From an uncultured Gemmatimonadales bacterium (lineage in GTDB: Bacteria; Gemmatimonadota; Gemmatimonadetes; Longimicrobiales; RSA9), in the NCBI GenBank assembly GCA_963741945.1, contig CAVUKA010000003.1, forward strand, positions 288,001-352,000: DNA of 64,000 nucleotides, read 5' to 3'. The notes under the pieces are model-generated. The model did no database searches, was not told where the DNA came from, and saw nothing but the letters and a program-made list of their open reading frames with translations. How positions within the stretch are numbered: the stretch's first letter is position 1; each line of letters opens with the position of its first letter. The position numbers and the translations under genes were made by a program. Below are positions 18,770-28,893 of this stretch, piece by piece.

Positions 18770-20099
18770 GGAGCCAGTCCCTCCGGATCCGGTCGAGCAG
18801 GGCATCCCGGGTGTTCAGCCGGGGGTCGTCCGTGACGAGCTCCAGGAGAGCGGCGAGCACCTCACCGAACAGGGGCCCGGGCTGAAGACCGAGCTGCTTG
18901 AGATCCGCGCCTCCAATGGCCAGGTCCGTGGTTGCGAGGGCCGGACGCTCCGCGAGGACGCGATGCACTTTGGCCCACCGCTCCAGCAGGTCGTCGGGGC
19001 GCCCACCGCCCGGGTGCCGGCCGCGCCAGAGGGCGAAGCGGAGGCGGAAGAGGTCGCGCGCCAGGTCGGCGCCGACGTCGCGGAGCCACCGCCGCACGCC
19101 GGCATCGGGCGCGTCCGGCGGGAACAGGTCGGGGTGATGGCGCACGAGTCGGACCACCCACGCGGTATCCGCGTTCGACGCCTTGAGCCGACGCATGACG
19201 TCTTCCGCTTTCCGGCCCCCGAGAACCTCGTGACCCGTGTACCGCCAGCCGCCGCGCAGATCGCGGGTGCGGGCGGGCGGCATCCCGGTGGCGTGGAGGA
19301 GCGCGGCCAGGCGAACCAGGGGGCGCGTGGGCGGTATCGCGTCCACGGCGCGGAGCGTGACCGTCCACAGGTCGTCCGCTCCCGGGTCGGGGCGCTCACC
19401 GCCCAGCGGGGCGAGCTCGGGATAGAGCGGATCGAGGGCACCCGAGCTTCGGTAGAGATCCAGTGCCAGCGACGGCTGACGCGCCTGGCCGAGCACTTTC
19501 ATCAGCTCCTCCCGCACCCGCTCCGAGGAGAGCTCGGGCAGGTGCGGCACAGCCTCCTTCAGCGCAGCCCAGGTCTCGGGCGCCACATCCAGGCCGAACT
19601 GTCCGGCGAACCGCAGGGCACGCAGCACGCGCAGGTAATCCTCGGCAAAGCGCTCGCGGGGCTCGCCCACGGTGCGGAGCCGTCCCTCCTCCAGGTCGCG
19701 CCGGCCGTCGAACGGGTCCAGGAGCTCGCCGGTGAGGGGCCGCCAGGCCACGGCGTTTATCGTGAAGTCACGACGCGAGAGATCCTCCTCGACGCGGTCG
19801 GCGAACTCCACCACCGCGTGGCGGCCGAACGTCTCCACGTCGCGACGGAACGTGGTCACCTCGTAGAGGTCGCGGCCCTCCAGAACGCCCACGGTTCCGT
19901 GGTCGATGCCGATGGGCACGGTGCGCCGGAAGAGCGTCATCACGTCGCGCGGGCGGGCCCGCGTCGCCAGGTCCCAGTCCCCGGCGGGGCGCCCGGCCAC
20001 GCGATCACGCACGGCACCGCCCACGGCCCACGCCTCGTACCCGGCGTCCTCGAGCCGCTGCGCGATCCGGCGGACCGCCTCCGGGGGACCGAGGTCCAT
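18762..20099 (-). CDS. CCA tRNA nucleotidyltransferase / poly(A) polymerase family
   Basis: VGGAVRD, DWDLAT, RRDFTINA, EDYLRVLRALRF; degenerate HD motif. Confidence 0.92.
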   Translation of the reverse strand: MDLGPPEAVRRIAQRLEDAGYEAWAVGGAVRDRVAGRPAGDWDLATRARPRDVMTLFRRTVPIGIDHGTVGVLEGRDLYEVTTFRRDVETFGRHAVVEFADRVEEDLSRRDFTINAVAWRPLTGELLDPFDGRRDLEEGRLRTVGEPRERFAEDYLRVLRALRFAGQFGLDVAPETWAALKEAVPHLPELSSERVREELMKVLGQARQPSLALDLYRSSGALDPLYPELAPLGGERPDPGADDLWTVTLRAVDAIPPTRPLVRLAALLHATGMPPARTRDLRGGWRYTGHEVLGGRKAEDVMRRLKASNADTAWVVRLVRHHPDLFPPDAPDAGVRRWLRDVGADLARDLFRLRFALWRGRHPGGGRPDDLLERWAKVHRVLAERPALATTDLAIGGADLKQLGLQPGPLFGEVLAALLELVTDDPRLNTRDALLDRIRRDWLHE

Positions 20100-20107
20100 G
20101 GCCTCGC

Positions 20108-20869
20108 TCAGCCGCAGAGCACCGACCCGCCGTTCACGTTCACCACCTCACCGGTGATGTGCCGGGCGAGCCCGGAGCAGAGAAAGACGATGGGGCCGGC
20201 GACGTCATCCGCGGAGGCCACCCGACCCAGCGGGATGGTCCGCTCGATCCGCTCCCGGCCGCCGTCCGCGTACGAGTACGCGGCCATTTCCGTATCGATC
20301 CATCCGGGCGCCACGCAGTTCACCGTGATGCCTCGCGGCGCCAGCTCCACGGCCACTCCCTTGACGAGGGAGATGAGCGCGCCCTTCGTCGCCGCGTAAT
20401 CCCCGTGATTGGCTTCACCTCGCTGCCCGGCCGTCGAGCCCACGAGGATCACCCGCCCGCCCTCTGCCAGGAGGGAGGCTGCGCCGCGCACGGAGTAGAA
20501 GACGGCATCGAGATTCACCGCGATCGTCCGCCGCCACTGCGCGTCCGTCATGGCCGCGATCGGCACATCGTCCACGGGCCAGATGCCGGCATTGGCCACC
20601 AGGATATCGAGTCCGCCGAACTCGGCCTCCACTTTCCGGAAGAGCGCATCCACGGCGCCAGGATCGGCCAGGTCGAGTCCCATGGCCCAGGCGCGGCCGC
20701 CCTCCCGCGCGATGTCCGCGATCACGGCCGCCGCGTCCGCCTCGCGCTCACGGAAGGTTATGGCCACGTCCGCGCCCGCCCGCCCGAGCATCCGGGCCAC
20801 CGCGGCGCCGACGCCACGGGAGCCGCCGGTCACCAGCGCGCGCTTTCCCGCAAGATCAATCGGAAGCAT
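20108..20869 (-). CDS. SDR family oxidoreductase (FabG-like)
   Basis: TGGSRGVG, NAG, YAATK. Confidence 0.93.
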   Translation of the reverse strand: MLPIDLAGKRALVTGGSRGVGAAVARMLGRAGADVAITFREREADAAAVIADIAREGGRAWAMGLDLADPGAVDALFRKVEAEFGGLDILVANAGIWPVDDVPIAAMTDAQWRRTIAVNLDAVFYSVRGAASLLAEGGRVILVGSTAGQRGEANHGDYAATKGALISLVKGVAVELAPRGITVNCVAPGWIDTEMAAYSYADGGRERIERTIPLGRVASADDVAGPIVFLCSGLARHITGEVVNVNGGSVLCG

Positions 20870-21443
20870 GGAATCGTCCTTCCACCGTGTCGCAGATCAC
20901 GTGGCCAATGGCCAGCTGAAGCTCCTGAGCCCGGGCGCCGTCGTCCGTCGGCACGATCAGCGCGTGGTCCACCAGCGCCGCGAGTGGTCCGCCGCCCCGG
21001 GCGAGGAGCGCCACCGTCACCAGACCGCGTGCGCGCGCGGCCTCGGCAGCGCGCAGCAGGTTCGGCGACTGCCCGGACGTGCTGTGGAGAAAGAGCAGAT
21101 CCCCCGGCCGCCCCAGCGCCTCCACCTGTCGCGCGAAAACATGATCGAAGCCGAAGTCGTTCGCAGCGGCCGTGAGCAGGGAAGTGTCCGTGGTGAGGGC
21201 GATGGCGGGGAGCGGCCGCCGATCGCGACGGAAGCGGACCACGTACTCCGTGGCCAGGTGCTGCGCGTCCGCGGCCGAGCCACCGTTGCCGCAGAAGAGC
21301 AGCATGTGCCCGCTCTCCAGCGTTGCGGCCGTCAGTTCGGCCAGTTCCGCCACATCGCCCGCCATGTCGCGGGCCACGCGCGTCGCGAGGTCCGCCAGCG
21401 CGTTCAGCTGCCGCATCGCGGCGTCCACTGCCGGGCTCTTCAT
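20856..21443 (-). CDS. gmhA: phosphoheptose isomerase (SIS domain)
   Basis: CGNGGSAADAQH, NDFGF..VFARQV, STSG.S.N, QE. Confidence 0.9.
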   Translation of the reverse strand: MKSPAVDAAMRQLNALADLATRVARDMAGDVAELAELTAATLESGHMLLFCGNGGSAADAQHLATEYVVRFRRDRRPLPAIALTTDTSLLTAAANDFGFDHVFARQVEALGRPGDLLFLHSTSGQSPNLLRAAEAARARGLVTVALLARGGGPLAALVDHALIVPTDDGARAQELQLAIGHVICDTVEGRFHASD

Positions 21444-21772
21444 CCCGTTTCGTCCGGTCCGGTGAGCAGTTCGTCGAAGCGCGCGGGCGAAAGCTCCCGG
21501 ACGAGCCGGTCGACGGCGTCGGGACCCGCTTCGCCCGCGGCCTCGCACGCGTACGTCAGCAGCGCGTCGGCCGCGAGCAGCCGCCCTGCACTGCTCCGGT
21601 CCCCCGGCCCCGCCAGCACATCGGCGAGGCCCGCCAGCGCGGCGGCCGCCAACCGGTGCGGCACGCCGCCGTCGAAGGGGCCGTGCCGATCCAGCATGCG
21701 CACCACCTCGTCGCGCAACGAAGCTGGCATCGGCGGGCGCCTCGCCGTCACCCACTCCGTGAGATCGCTCAA
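21440..21772 (-). CDS. hypothetical protein
   Basis: ATGA-type overlaps on both sides; LLAADALLTYACE. Confidence 0.8.
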   Translation of the reverse strand: MSDLTEWVTARRPPMPASLRDEVVRMLDRHGPFDGGVPHRLAAAALAGLADVLAGPGDRSSAGRLLAADALLTYACEAAGEAGPDAVDRLVRELSPARFDELLTGPDETG

Positions 21773-24420
21773 TGGCCCTCGAGCAGCGCGCGGACGATCT
21801 CGGGCGCCCTGGCCAGCGCGTCCGCCACGAGCGCGGGGTCGCCCACGCCCCCCTGCGCCATGTGCGGCCGCCCTCCGCCCGACCCGCCGGTGAGCTTCGC
21901 CACTTCCCGCACCACGTGGTCGGCGCGAACGCCGCGGCCGATCAGGTCGTCGGTGACCACGGAGAAGAGGGCCGTGCGGTCCCCGGAAACGGCCGCGAGG
22001 ACCACCACACCACTGCCGAGTCGGTCGCGGAGCTGATCGCCGAGGGCACGCAGCTCGTCCTGGTCCGCCACTTCCACCTGCTCGGCGACGATCCGCGCCC
22101 CATCCACCCGGGCCGCCCCGTCCACCAGCCGACCCACCACGTCGGCCGCGCCCTCCCGGCGGGCCCGCTCCAGCTGCTTCTCCAGCTCCCGGACTTCACC
22201 CTGGAGCTGCTCCACCCGACGCGCCACCAGCTCCTGCGGGACCTTCAGGATCTCGGCCACATCACGCAGCGTGTCCTCCTGCCGGACGGCCATCCGGTAC
22301 GCCTCGCGACCCGTCACCGCCTCGATTCGACGCACGCCCGCGCCCGTACCCGTCTCGGCCACAATGCGGAAAAGGCCGATCTCACCCGTCCGACGCACGT
22401 GCGTCCCGCCGCACAGCTCACGGCTGACACCGGGCACGGTGATCATCCGCACCACATCGCCATACTTCTCGCCGAACAGCGCCATCGCCCCCTGCTGGAC
22501 CGCGTCGTCGTAGCCGAGGAAGTCCACACAGACGTCCTGGTCCTGGAAGATGGCCTCGTTCACTTCGTCCTCCACCCGCCGGATCTCTTCCGCCGTCATG
22601 GGCCGGGCATGGGAAAAGTCGAAGCGGAGCCGGTCCGGCGCCACGAGCGAGCCCCGCTGCAGAACGTGCTCCCCGAGGACGTTCCGGAGCGCAGCGTGCA
22701 GGAGGTGCGTGGCCGTGTGGTTCCGCTCGGTGTCATGACGCGCCGGACCCTCGACCCGGGCGACGACGGGAACCGGACCGACCGCGTCCGGGAAATCACC
22801 TTCCACGTCGCCCAGGATGGCCGCACGGCCACCCACCCGGCGAACATCCTCCACGGCCATGCGCCAGCCGTCGCCCTCCACTACGCCACGGTCGCTGATC
22901 TGACCGCCGGACTCCACGTAGAACGGGTTCTCCCGCAGCTGCACGGCCAGGCGGCCGTTCTGCCGGCGGAACGCGACGATCTCCGTCTCCACCTCCGTGC
23001 GCTCGTACCCCACGAACTCCGGCTCGGCATCATCCAGCTCCGTCCAGCCGTGGGCCAGCGCGTCACCCGCGTCGATCCCCGCGGCATCGCGGTCCGCACG
23101 CGAGCGCTTCCGCTGCTCCTCCAGCGCCGCCTCGAAGCCCGCCAGGTCCACCCCGTAGCCCCGCTCCTCGGCCATGAGCTCCGTCAGGTCCAGGGGGAAG
23201 CCGAAGGTGTCATAGAGACGGAACGCGTCTTCACCGGCGATCACCGGGACATCCTCGGCCCCGTCCGCACCCTGCGCCGAGGCCACTTCCTCGAACCGCC
23301 GCATCCCCTCGTCGATCGTGGCCAGGAACCGCTCCTCCTCCGCGCGCGTGGCACGCAGGAGATGCTCGCGGCGGGAGCGAAGCTCGGGGAAAGCGTCACC
23401 CATGCAGGTCACGACCTCGTCCACCACCTCCACCAGCGTCGGTTCCCGCCGCCCGAGCAGCCACGCGTGCCGGATCGCCCTCCGCATGATGCGACGGAGC
23501 ACGTAGCCGCGGGCGGAATTGCTCGGGAACACGCCGTCAGCGAGCAGAAAGGCCGTGGCGCGGGCGTGGTCGGCGAGGACACGGTAGGAGACGCCCGTCT
23601 CGGTCGCCGGGTCGTACGGCTTCCCCACCACGCGCGCGGCCCGCTCGATCAGCGGCGTGAACAGGTCGGTCTCGTAATTGGACGCGGCGCCCTGCAGCAC
23701 GCTGGCGATCCGCTCGAGCCCGGCGCCTGTGTCGATGGACGGGCGCGGGAGCGGGTGCAGCTCCCCATCGGCATCCCGGTTGAACTGCATGAACACCAGG
23801 TTCCACAGCTCCAGGAACTCCCCGGCTTCACCCTTGACCTCGAACTCCTCGGCGGCGAGGTCGGTTCCTCGCTCCCCCTCCGGGCGCATGTCCCAGTGGA
23901 TCTCGCTGCACGGGCCGCACGGGCCCGTGTCACCCATCTGCCAGAAGTTGTCCTTGTCCCCCAGACGGAAGATCCGATTCTCCGGCAGGCCGGCCACCTC
24001 CTGCCAGAGGCCGTACGCCTCGTCATCCGAGTAGTGGACGGTGGCCCAGAGACGGTCCTTCGGCAGCCCGAACACCTCGGTGAACAGACGCCACGCGAAA
24101 TCGATGGCATCGCGCTTGAAATAGTCGCCGAAGGAGAAGTTCCCGAGCATTTCGAAGAACGTGTGGTGCCTCGCCGTGCGCCCCACTTCTTCCAGGTCGT
24201 TGTGCTTCCCGCTCACCCGCAGGCACTTCTGCGACGTCGTCGCCCGCTTGATCCCCAGCGACTCCTCGCCCAGAAACACCTTCTTGAACTGGACCATCCC
24301 CGCGTTCGTGAACATCAGCGTGGGATCGTCCTTGGGAACCAGCGGAGAGCTCGGCCGGATCTCGTGACCGTTCTGCTCGAAGAACTCCAGGAATTTGCGC
24401 CTGATCTCGCTTGCCGTCAT
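21769..24420 (-). CDS. alaS: alanine--tRNA ligase
   Basis: FTNAGMVQFK, HHTFFEMLGNFSFGDYFK, DTGAGLER, HTATHLL, ELCGGTH, GGG.P..AQGG. Confidence 0.99.
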   Translation of the reverse strand: MTASEIRRKFLEFFEQNGHEIRPSSPLVPKDDPTLMFTNAGMVQFKKVFLGEESLGIKRATTSQKCLRVSGKHNDLEEVGRTARHHTFFEMLGNFSFGDYFKRDAIDFAWRLFTEVFGLPKDRLWATVHYSDDEAYGLWQEVAGLPENRIFRLGDKDNFWQMGDTGPCGPCSEIHWDMRPEGERGTDLAAEEFEVKGEAGEFLELWNLVFMQFNRDADGELHPLPRPSIDTGAGLERIASVLQGAASNYETDLFTPLIERAARVVGKPYDPATETGVSYRVLADHARATAFLLADGVFPSNSARGYVLRRIMRRAIRHAWLLGRREPTLVEVVDEVVTCMGDAFPELRSRREHLLRATRAEEERFLATIDEGMRRFEEVASAQGADGAEDVPVIAGEDAFRLYDTFGFPLDLTELMAEERGYGVDLAGFEAALEEQRKRSRADRDAAGIDAGDALAHGWTELDDAEPEFVGYERTEVETEIVAFRRQNGRLAVQLRENPFYVESGGQISDRGVVEGDGWRMAVEDVRRVGGRAAILGDVEGDFPDAVGPVPVVARVEGPARHDTERNHTATHLLHAALRNVLGEHVLQRGSLVAPDRLRFDFSHARPMTAEEIRRVEDEVNEAIFQDQDVCVDFLGYDDAVQQGAMALFGEKYGDVVRMITVPGVSRELCGGTHVRRTGEIGLFRIVAETGTGAGVRRIEAVTGREAYRMAVRQEDTLRDVAEILKVPQELVARRVEQLQGEVRELEKQLERARREGAADVVGRLVDGAARVDGARIVAEQVEVADQDELRALGDQLRDRLGSGVVVLAAVSGDRTALFSVVTDDLIGRGVRADHVVREVAKLTGGSGGGRPHMAQGGVGDPALVADALARAPEIVRALLEGH

Positions 24421-24465
24421 GCCTCTTCCCGTCCCGTCTTTCCGCCCACCTCGCGCCGAGCGCCC

Positions 24466-24494
24466 AATATAGGAGATGCGCCGCCCGATGCGAA
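24466..24494 (-). promoter_or_regulatory. putative sigma70 promoter of alaS
   Basis: TTCGCA-N17-TATATT. Confidence 0.45.
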
Positions 24495-24497
24495 GGT

Positions 24498-25092
24498 CGC
24501 GGAGAACGCGGAGGTGGCGGAGACGCGGAGAACGGCAAGCTCACGCGGAGACGCGGAGGGCGCGGAGAACTGCATCCCACGCGGAGACGCGGAGAACGCG
24601 GAGGGGTCAGCGGGCGAGGAGACGGTCGGGGCGTGGACGGATCGACGCCGGGCCATCCGCGATGGGGGTTGTATTCGTGGGGCGGAGGAGATTCCGGGCG
24701 GGAGGATTGCGGAGCGGCAGACATTCGGCGCGGGGGGAGCAGAACGCGCCTCGGCCGGGAAGGCGTCGCTGGCGATGGTGGGGATCCACGTCCGGACGCT
24801 GAGCCGAGGCCGCCCCCAAAACAGAGCCCGTGACTTCGTCTCCCCCCGATGCAGCCCGCGCCCCCGGGACGCCGGGCCCGAAGCCGCCCCCAAAGAAAGC
24901 CCGCGACTTCAGCTCCCCTCGACGGGCTCCGCGCCCCCCGGCCGCCGGCCCCGAAGCCGCCCCGAAGAAAGCCCGCGACCTCAGTTCCTCCCGACGCAGT
25001 CCGCGCTCCCCCCGCTCCCCCCGCTCCCTTCGCGTTCTCCGCGTCTCCGCGTGAGATTGCCGTTCTCCGCCGTTCTCCGCCGTTCTCCGCGC
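24498..25092. repeat. non-coding element bounded by inverted arrays of GCGGAG(A) repeats
   Basis: 24525-24558 and 25037-25070 form a 34-bp inverted repeat with 1 mismatch, each inside a cluster of 8-9-bp CGCGGAGA(A) units. Confidence 0.85.
24804..25012. repeat. three degenerate ~73-bp tandem repeats
   Basis: Units start at 24804, 24878 and 24951 with CCGA(A/G)GCCGCCCC..AGCCCG(C/T)GAC(T/C)TC. Confidence 0.85.
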
Positions 25093-25094
25093 CC

Positions 25095-26144
25095 TCAGTC
25101 TTCCCCGACCTCACCCTCCTCGGCAGCGGCCTGACCGCGGGACATGCCCAGCTCCGCCCGGACCTTCACCTCGATCTCGTCGCGGATTTCAGGGCTCTCC
25201 ATCAGGAACACCTTGGCGTTCTCGCGACCCTGGCCCAGCCGCGTCTCGCCGTAGGAGTACCACGCGCCGGCCTTGTCCACGATCCCGAGCTCCGAGCCGA
25301 GATCGATGAGCAGCCCCGTGTGGCTGATCCCCTCGTTGTACATGATGTCGAACTCGGCCTGGCGGAACGGCGCGGCCATCTTGTTCTTCACCACCTTCAC
25401 ACGCGTCCGGTTCCCCACCAGTTCCTGCCCGTCCTTGATCGCACCGATGCGGCGGATGTCCATGCGCAGGCTGGCATAGAACTTCAGTGCGCGACCGCCC
25501 GTTGTGGTCTCCGGATTGCCGAACATGACCCCGATCTTCTCGCGGATCTGGTTCGTGAACACCACCAATGTGCGCGACCGGTTCACCGCCCCGGTCAGCT
25601 TGCGCAGCGCCTGGCTCATGAGCCTCGCCTGGAGCCCCACGTGCGAGTCACCCATCTCCCCCTCGATCTCCGCCCGCGGCACCAGCGCTGCCACAGAATC
25701 GATCACCACCACGTCGATGGCGCCGGACCGGATCAGCACTTCCGCGATCTCCAGCGCCTGCTCCCCCGTGTCGGGCTGGCTCACCAGCAGGCTGTCCACG
25801 TCCACGCCCAGCTTGCGCGAGTACTCCACGTCCAGCGCATGCTCCGCATCGATGAACGCCGCCACACCCCCGTTCTTCTGGGCGTTCGCGATCACGTGCA
25901 GACAGAGCGTGGTCTTGCCGCTCGACTCGGGGCCGTAGATCTCCGTGACCCGGCCCCGCGGGATCCCGCCGATACCGATCGCCGCATCCAGGTTGATCGC
26001 CCCCGTCGAGATGGCGGCCACCTCGACTTTGGCACCGTCCGCGCCCATCCGCATGATCGCGCCCTTCCCGTACGCCCGCTCGATCTGCGTGATCGCCACG
26101 CTGAGCGCCTTCTCCTTCTCCTTCGTCAGCTCGGCCGCTGCCAT
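25095..26144 (-). CDS. recA: recombinase A
   Basis: [42 protein letters not shown]. Confidence 0.99.
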   Translation of the reverse strand: MAAAELTKEKEKALSVAITQIERAYGKGAIMRMGADGAKVEVAAISTGAINLDAAIGIGGIPRGRVTEIYGPESSGKTTLCLHVIANAQKNGGVAAFIDAEHALDVEYSRKLGVDVDSLLVSQPDTGEQALEIAEVLIRSGAIDVVVIDSVAALVPRAEIEGEMGDSHVGLQARLMSQALRKLTGAVNRSRTLVVFTNQIREKIGVMFGNPETTTGGRALKFYASLRMDIRRIGAIKDGQELVGNRTRVKVVKNKMAAPFRQAEFDIMYNEGISHTGLLIDLGSELGIVDKAGAWYSYGETRLGQGRENAKVFLMESPEIRDEIEVKVRAELGMSRGQAAAEEGEVGED

Positions 26145-26261
26145 CGCTTCACCTGGTCCGTGAGTGGGTGTTCGGGATTCGACCTCAAGATGCGTCTCCA
26201 TCCGGTTCACCGGAAGTGCGCCCGGGGACAGGGTCATGCCGGAACCGGCCGTCCGGTGCCA

Positions 26262-26308
26262 CCGAACAAAAGCCGAAGTATCCTACGCCCAACCCTGCCG
26301 GCGCGCAA
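26262..26308 (-). promoter_or_regulatory. recA promoter with adjacent direct-repeat operator (candidate SOS box)
   Basis: TTGCGC(26308-26303)-N17-TAGGAT(26285-26280), followed by CTTCGGCTTTTGTTCGG (26278-26262). Confidence 0.7.
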
Positions 26309-26402
26309 GAAGCGGCGGCCGCACGCGGGCCGCGCCCCGGGAGATGATGGGAGACGGCGGTCGCCGATCGTTCGCCGGCGAGGGTTGCGGAGGTGTGCGG
26401 GG

Positions 26403-27449
26403 TCAGGCGGCGACGAGGACGGCGCGGAGCGCTTCGCCGGCGGCGGCGATGGCGTCGTCATCCACGTCCATGTGCGTGACCGCGCGGACGCGTCGGGGCG
26501 CAAACATGCTCATGAGAACGCCGCGCTGGGCGAGGGCGGCGAGGACGTCAGTAGCCTGGAGGTCGTCGCGCACGAGGTCGATCATGACGATGTTGGAGTC
26601 GGGCTCGACCGTATGCAGGCCCTCGATGCGCGCGGCCACGGCGGCGAGAGCGCGGGCGCGGCGGTGGTCGTGGGCGAGCCGCTGGATGTTGTTGTCGAGG
26701 GCGAACAGACCGGCGGCGGCTAGGATGCCGGTCTGCCGCAGGGAGCCGCCCATGCGGCGTCGGACCTGCCAGGCGGCATCGATGAAGGCCGCGCTCCCGG
26801 CGAGCATGGAGCCGACGGGGCAACCGAGCCCCTTCGACAGGGCTACCATGACGCTGTCGGCGGTGGCGGCATAATCCACCAGGCGCACGCCGGTGGCCAC
26901 GCTGGCGTGCCAGAGCCGGGCGCCATCCAGGTGAACGGGGAGCCCGTGCTCGGCTGCCACGGCATGGACCTCCTGGAGCGCGCTCAGCGGGATGACGCGT
27001 CCGCCGTGGGCGTTGTGTGTGTTCTCCACGCAGATGAGGGAGGTCGCCGGCTGATACCGGTTGCCGGCAGGCCGGATGGCGGAGCGGACGAGGTCAGCGG
27101 TGAGGACGCCGTCGTCGGTGGCGACGGGGTGGAGCTGCACCCCCGCCCACGCCGCCGCGGCGGCACCCTCCCAGTCGAAGAGGTGGCACGAGGCTTCGAC
27201 TACGGCTTCCGTGCCAGGGCTGCCGTGGACCACGATGGCGGTCTCATTGGCCATGATGCCGGTGGGGAAGAAGAGCGCACTCTCCTTCCCCAGCAGCGCG
27301 GCGACGCGCTCCTGCAGCTCGTTGACGGTGGGATCATCCCCGTACTGGTCGTCCCCTACCGCCGCTTCGGCGATGGCAGCCCGCATCGCGGGGCCGGGCC
27401 GGGTGACCGTGTCGCTTCGAAGATCGATCACCCGGCCTTCCGTCGGCAT
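26403..27449 (-). CDS. ltaE: low-specificity L-threonine aldolase
   Basis: [31 protein letters not shown]. Confidence 0.93.
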   Translation of the reverse strand: MPTEGRVIDLRSDTVTRPGPAMRAAIAEAAVGDDQYGDDPTVNELQERVAALLGKESALFFPTGIMANETAIVVHGSPGTEAVVEASCHLFDWEGAAAAAWAGVQLHPVATDDGVLTADLVRSAIRPAGNRYQPATSLICVENTHNAHGGRVIPLSALQEVHAVAAEHGLPVHLDGARLWHASVATGVRLVDYAATADSVMVALSKGLGCPVGSMLAGSAAFIDAAWQVRRRMGGSLRQTGILAAAGLFALDNNIQRLAHDHRRARALAAVAARIEGLHTVEPDSNIVMIDLVRDDLQATDVLAALAQRGVLMSMFAPRRVRAVTHMDVDDDAIAAAGEALRAVLVAA

Positions 27450-27451
27450 GG

Positions 27452-28066
27452 CTATCTCGCGTTCGAGTACCGTTTGGCGACCTCATCCCAGTTGACCACG
27501 TTCCACCACGCGGACAGATAGTCGCCCCGCTTGTTCTGATACTTGAGGTAGTACGCGTGCTCCCATACGTCCACCCCCAGGAGTGGGATGTCGTTCTTCA
27601 TGTACGGGCTGTCCTGGTTGGGCGTCGAGTACACCTTCAGCTTACCGTCGCTCAGGACCAGCCAGCCCCAGCCGCTCCCGAACTGGCCGCTCGCGGTGCT
27701 GGTGAGCTTCTCCTTGAAGTCGTTGAACGACCCGAAGGCGCCATCAATGGCGCTCGCCAGATCACCCGTCGGCTCCCCACCTCCGTTCGGCGACATGATC
27801 TTCCAGAACAGGTCGTGATTCGCGTAGCCGCCGCCGTTGTTCCGCACCGCGGTGCGGACGTCCTCCGGCACCTGCTCGATGCTCCGGAGAATGTCGGACA
27901 CGGACTTGCCCTGCCAATCGCCATGCTTCTCGATGGCCGCGTTCAACTTGTCGGTGTAGCCCTTGTGATGCCGGTCGTGATGGATCTCCATCGTGCGGGC
28001 GTCGATGTGCGGCTCGAGTGCATCGAACGCGTACGGGAGGTCCGGAAGCTGGAACGGATACGCCAT
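27452..28066 (-). CDS. sodA: Mn/Fe superoxide dismutase
   Basis: [26 protein letters not shown]. Confidence 0.97.
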   Translation of the reverse strand: MAYPFQLPDLPYAFDALEPHIDARTMEIHHDRHHKGYTDKLNAAIEKHGDWQGKSVSDILRSIEQVPEDVRTAVRNNGGGYANHDLFWKIMSPNGGGEPTGDLASAIDGAFGSFNDFKEKLTSTASGQFGSGWGWLVLSDGKLKVYSTPNQDSPYMKNDIPLLGVDVWEHAYYLKYQNKRGDYLSAWWNVVNWDEVAKRYSNAR

Positions 28067-28136
28067 TGCTCCTCCTTCGGGGAATGCAATTAAAACCGTG
28101 TCTCTGCTGCGAGCACCAGGGAGCCGGTCATGAACC

Positions 28137-28151
28137 GCAAGCCAGGTGCCA
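28137..28151 (-). promoter_or_regulatory. sigma54-type promoter upstream of sodA
   Basis: TGGCAC-CTGGC-TTGC, exact -24/-12 consensus, 70 nt upstream of the ATG. Confidence 0.7.
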
Positions 28152-28210
28152 GACCCGGTAGGATCCCGGTAGCGGGTCGGGGTAGCCGGATCAGGGCAGC
28201 CGTGCGCGTT

Positions 28211-28441
28211 CTAGCGTTCGGTGAGATCGCGGCCGCACTCGGCGCAGAAGCGGCTTCCCTCGGCGTTGGCGGCCCGGCACCGGGGGCATACGGTGCCGGC
28301 GGCCACAGCGGCGCGGTAGCGAGCCAGGTCCTGCTCCAGCGTTTCGGCGTCCGGGTAGCGGGCGCGGCCGGCGAGGAGGGGGAATGCGACGGCGGCGAGG
28401 GCGATGACCGCGAGCGCGGCGATGATGACGTACTGGAACAT
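28211..28441 (-). CDS. small membrane-anchored zinc-ribbon protein
   Basis: N-terminal TM helix; CPRC..N...FCAECG. Confidence 0.85.
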   Translation of the reverse strand: MFQYVIIAALAVIALAAVAFPLLAGRARYPDAETLEQDLARYRAAVAAGTVCPRCRAANAEGSRFCAECGRDLTER

Positions 28442-28443
28442 GG

Positions 28444-28893
28444 TCAGTGGATCTGGAGGGCGAGAGTCAGGCCGAGTGCCACGCCGGCGGCATCCCAGGT
28501 GAGGTCCTTGAAGCTGAAGCGGTGTCCCGACCAGCGGTCGTGCATTTCCTTGCCGACGCCGGCGGCGATGGCCGCGGCGCCGCTGGCGGCGAGGGCGGCA
28601 TCGCTGGACAGGACGGTGCGACCGACGCCGTACCCCACGGTGGCGAGTGCGAAGGACATGGTGAAGTGCCGGAGTTTGTCTTCCGCGAACCAGTGGTCGA
28701 GTCGGTCCTGGCCGACATTGATGCCGGCATGCTCGCCGTCCGGGCGGCCCGTCCCCGGTCGCGGGGTGGTCTGCGGTCCGCTGATGCCGGCGGGCGCGGG
28801 CGCATCGCGGAGCGCGGCAGCGAACCGGTGTCGCATGGCGGGTCCGGGGCCGGCGAGGAGGGCGAGGGTGAGTCCGAGCAGGACGGGGCTCAT
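28444..28893 (-). CDS. YfiM/DUF2279-like protein
   Basis: DHWFAEDKLRHF, GKEMHD, FSFKDL.WD. Confidence 0.8.
   Translation of the reverse strand: MSPVLLGLTLALLAGPGPAMRHRFAAALRDAPAPAGISGPQTTPRPGTGRPDGEHAGINVGQDRLDHWFAEDKLRHFTMSFALATVGYGVGRTVLSSDAALAASGAAAIAAGVGKEMHDRWSGHRFSFKDLTWDAAGVALGLTLALQIH

Noticed and set aside
24498-25092. CRISPR array
   Set aside because: No identical repeats separated by unique spacers, and no cas genes in the window.
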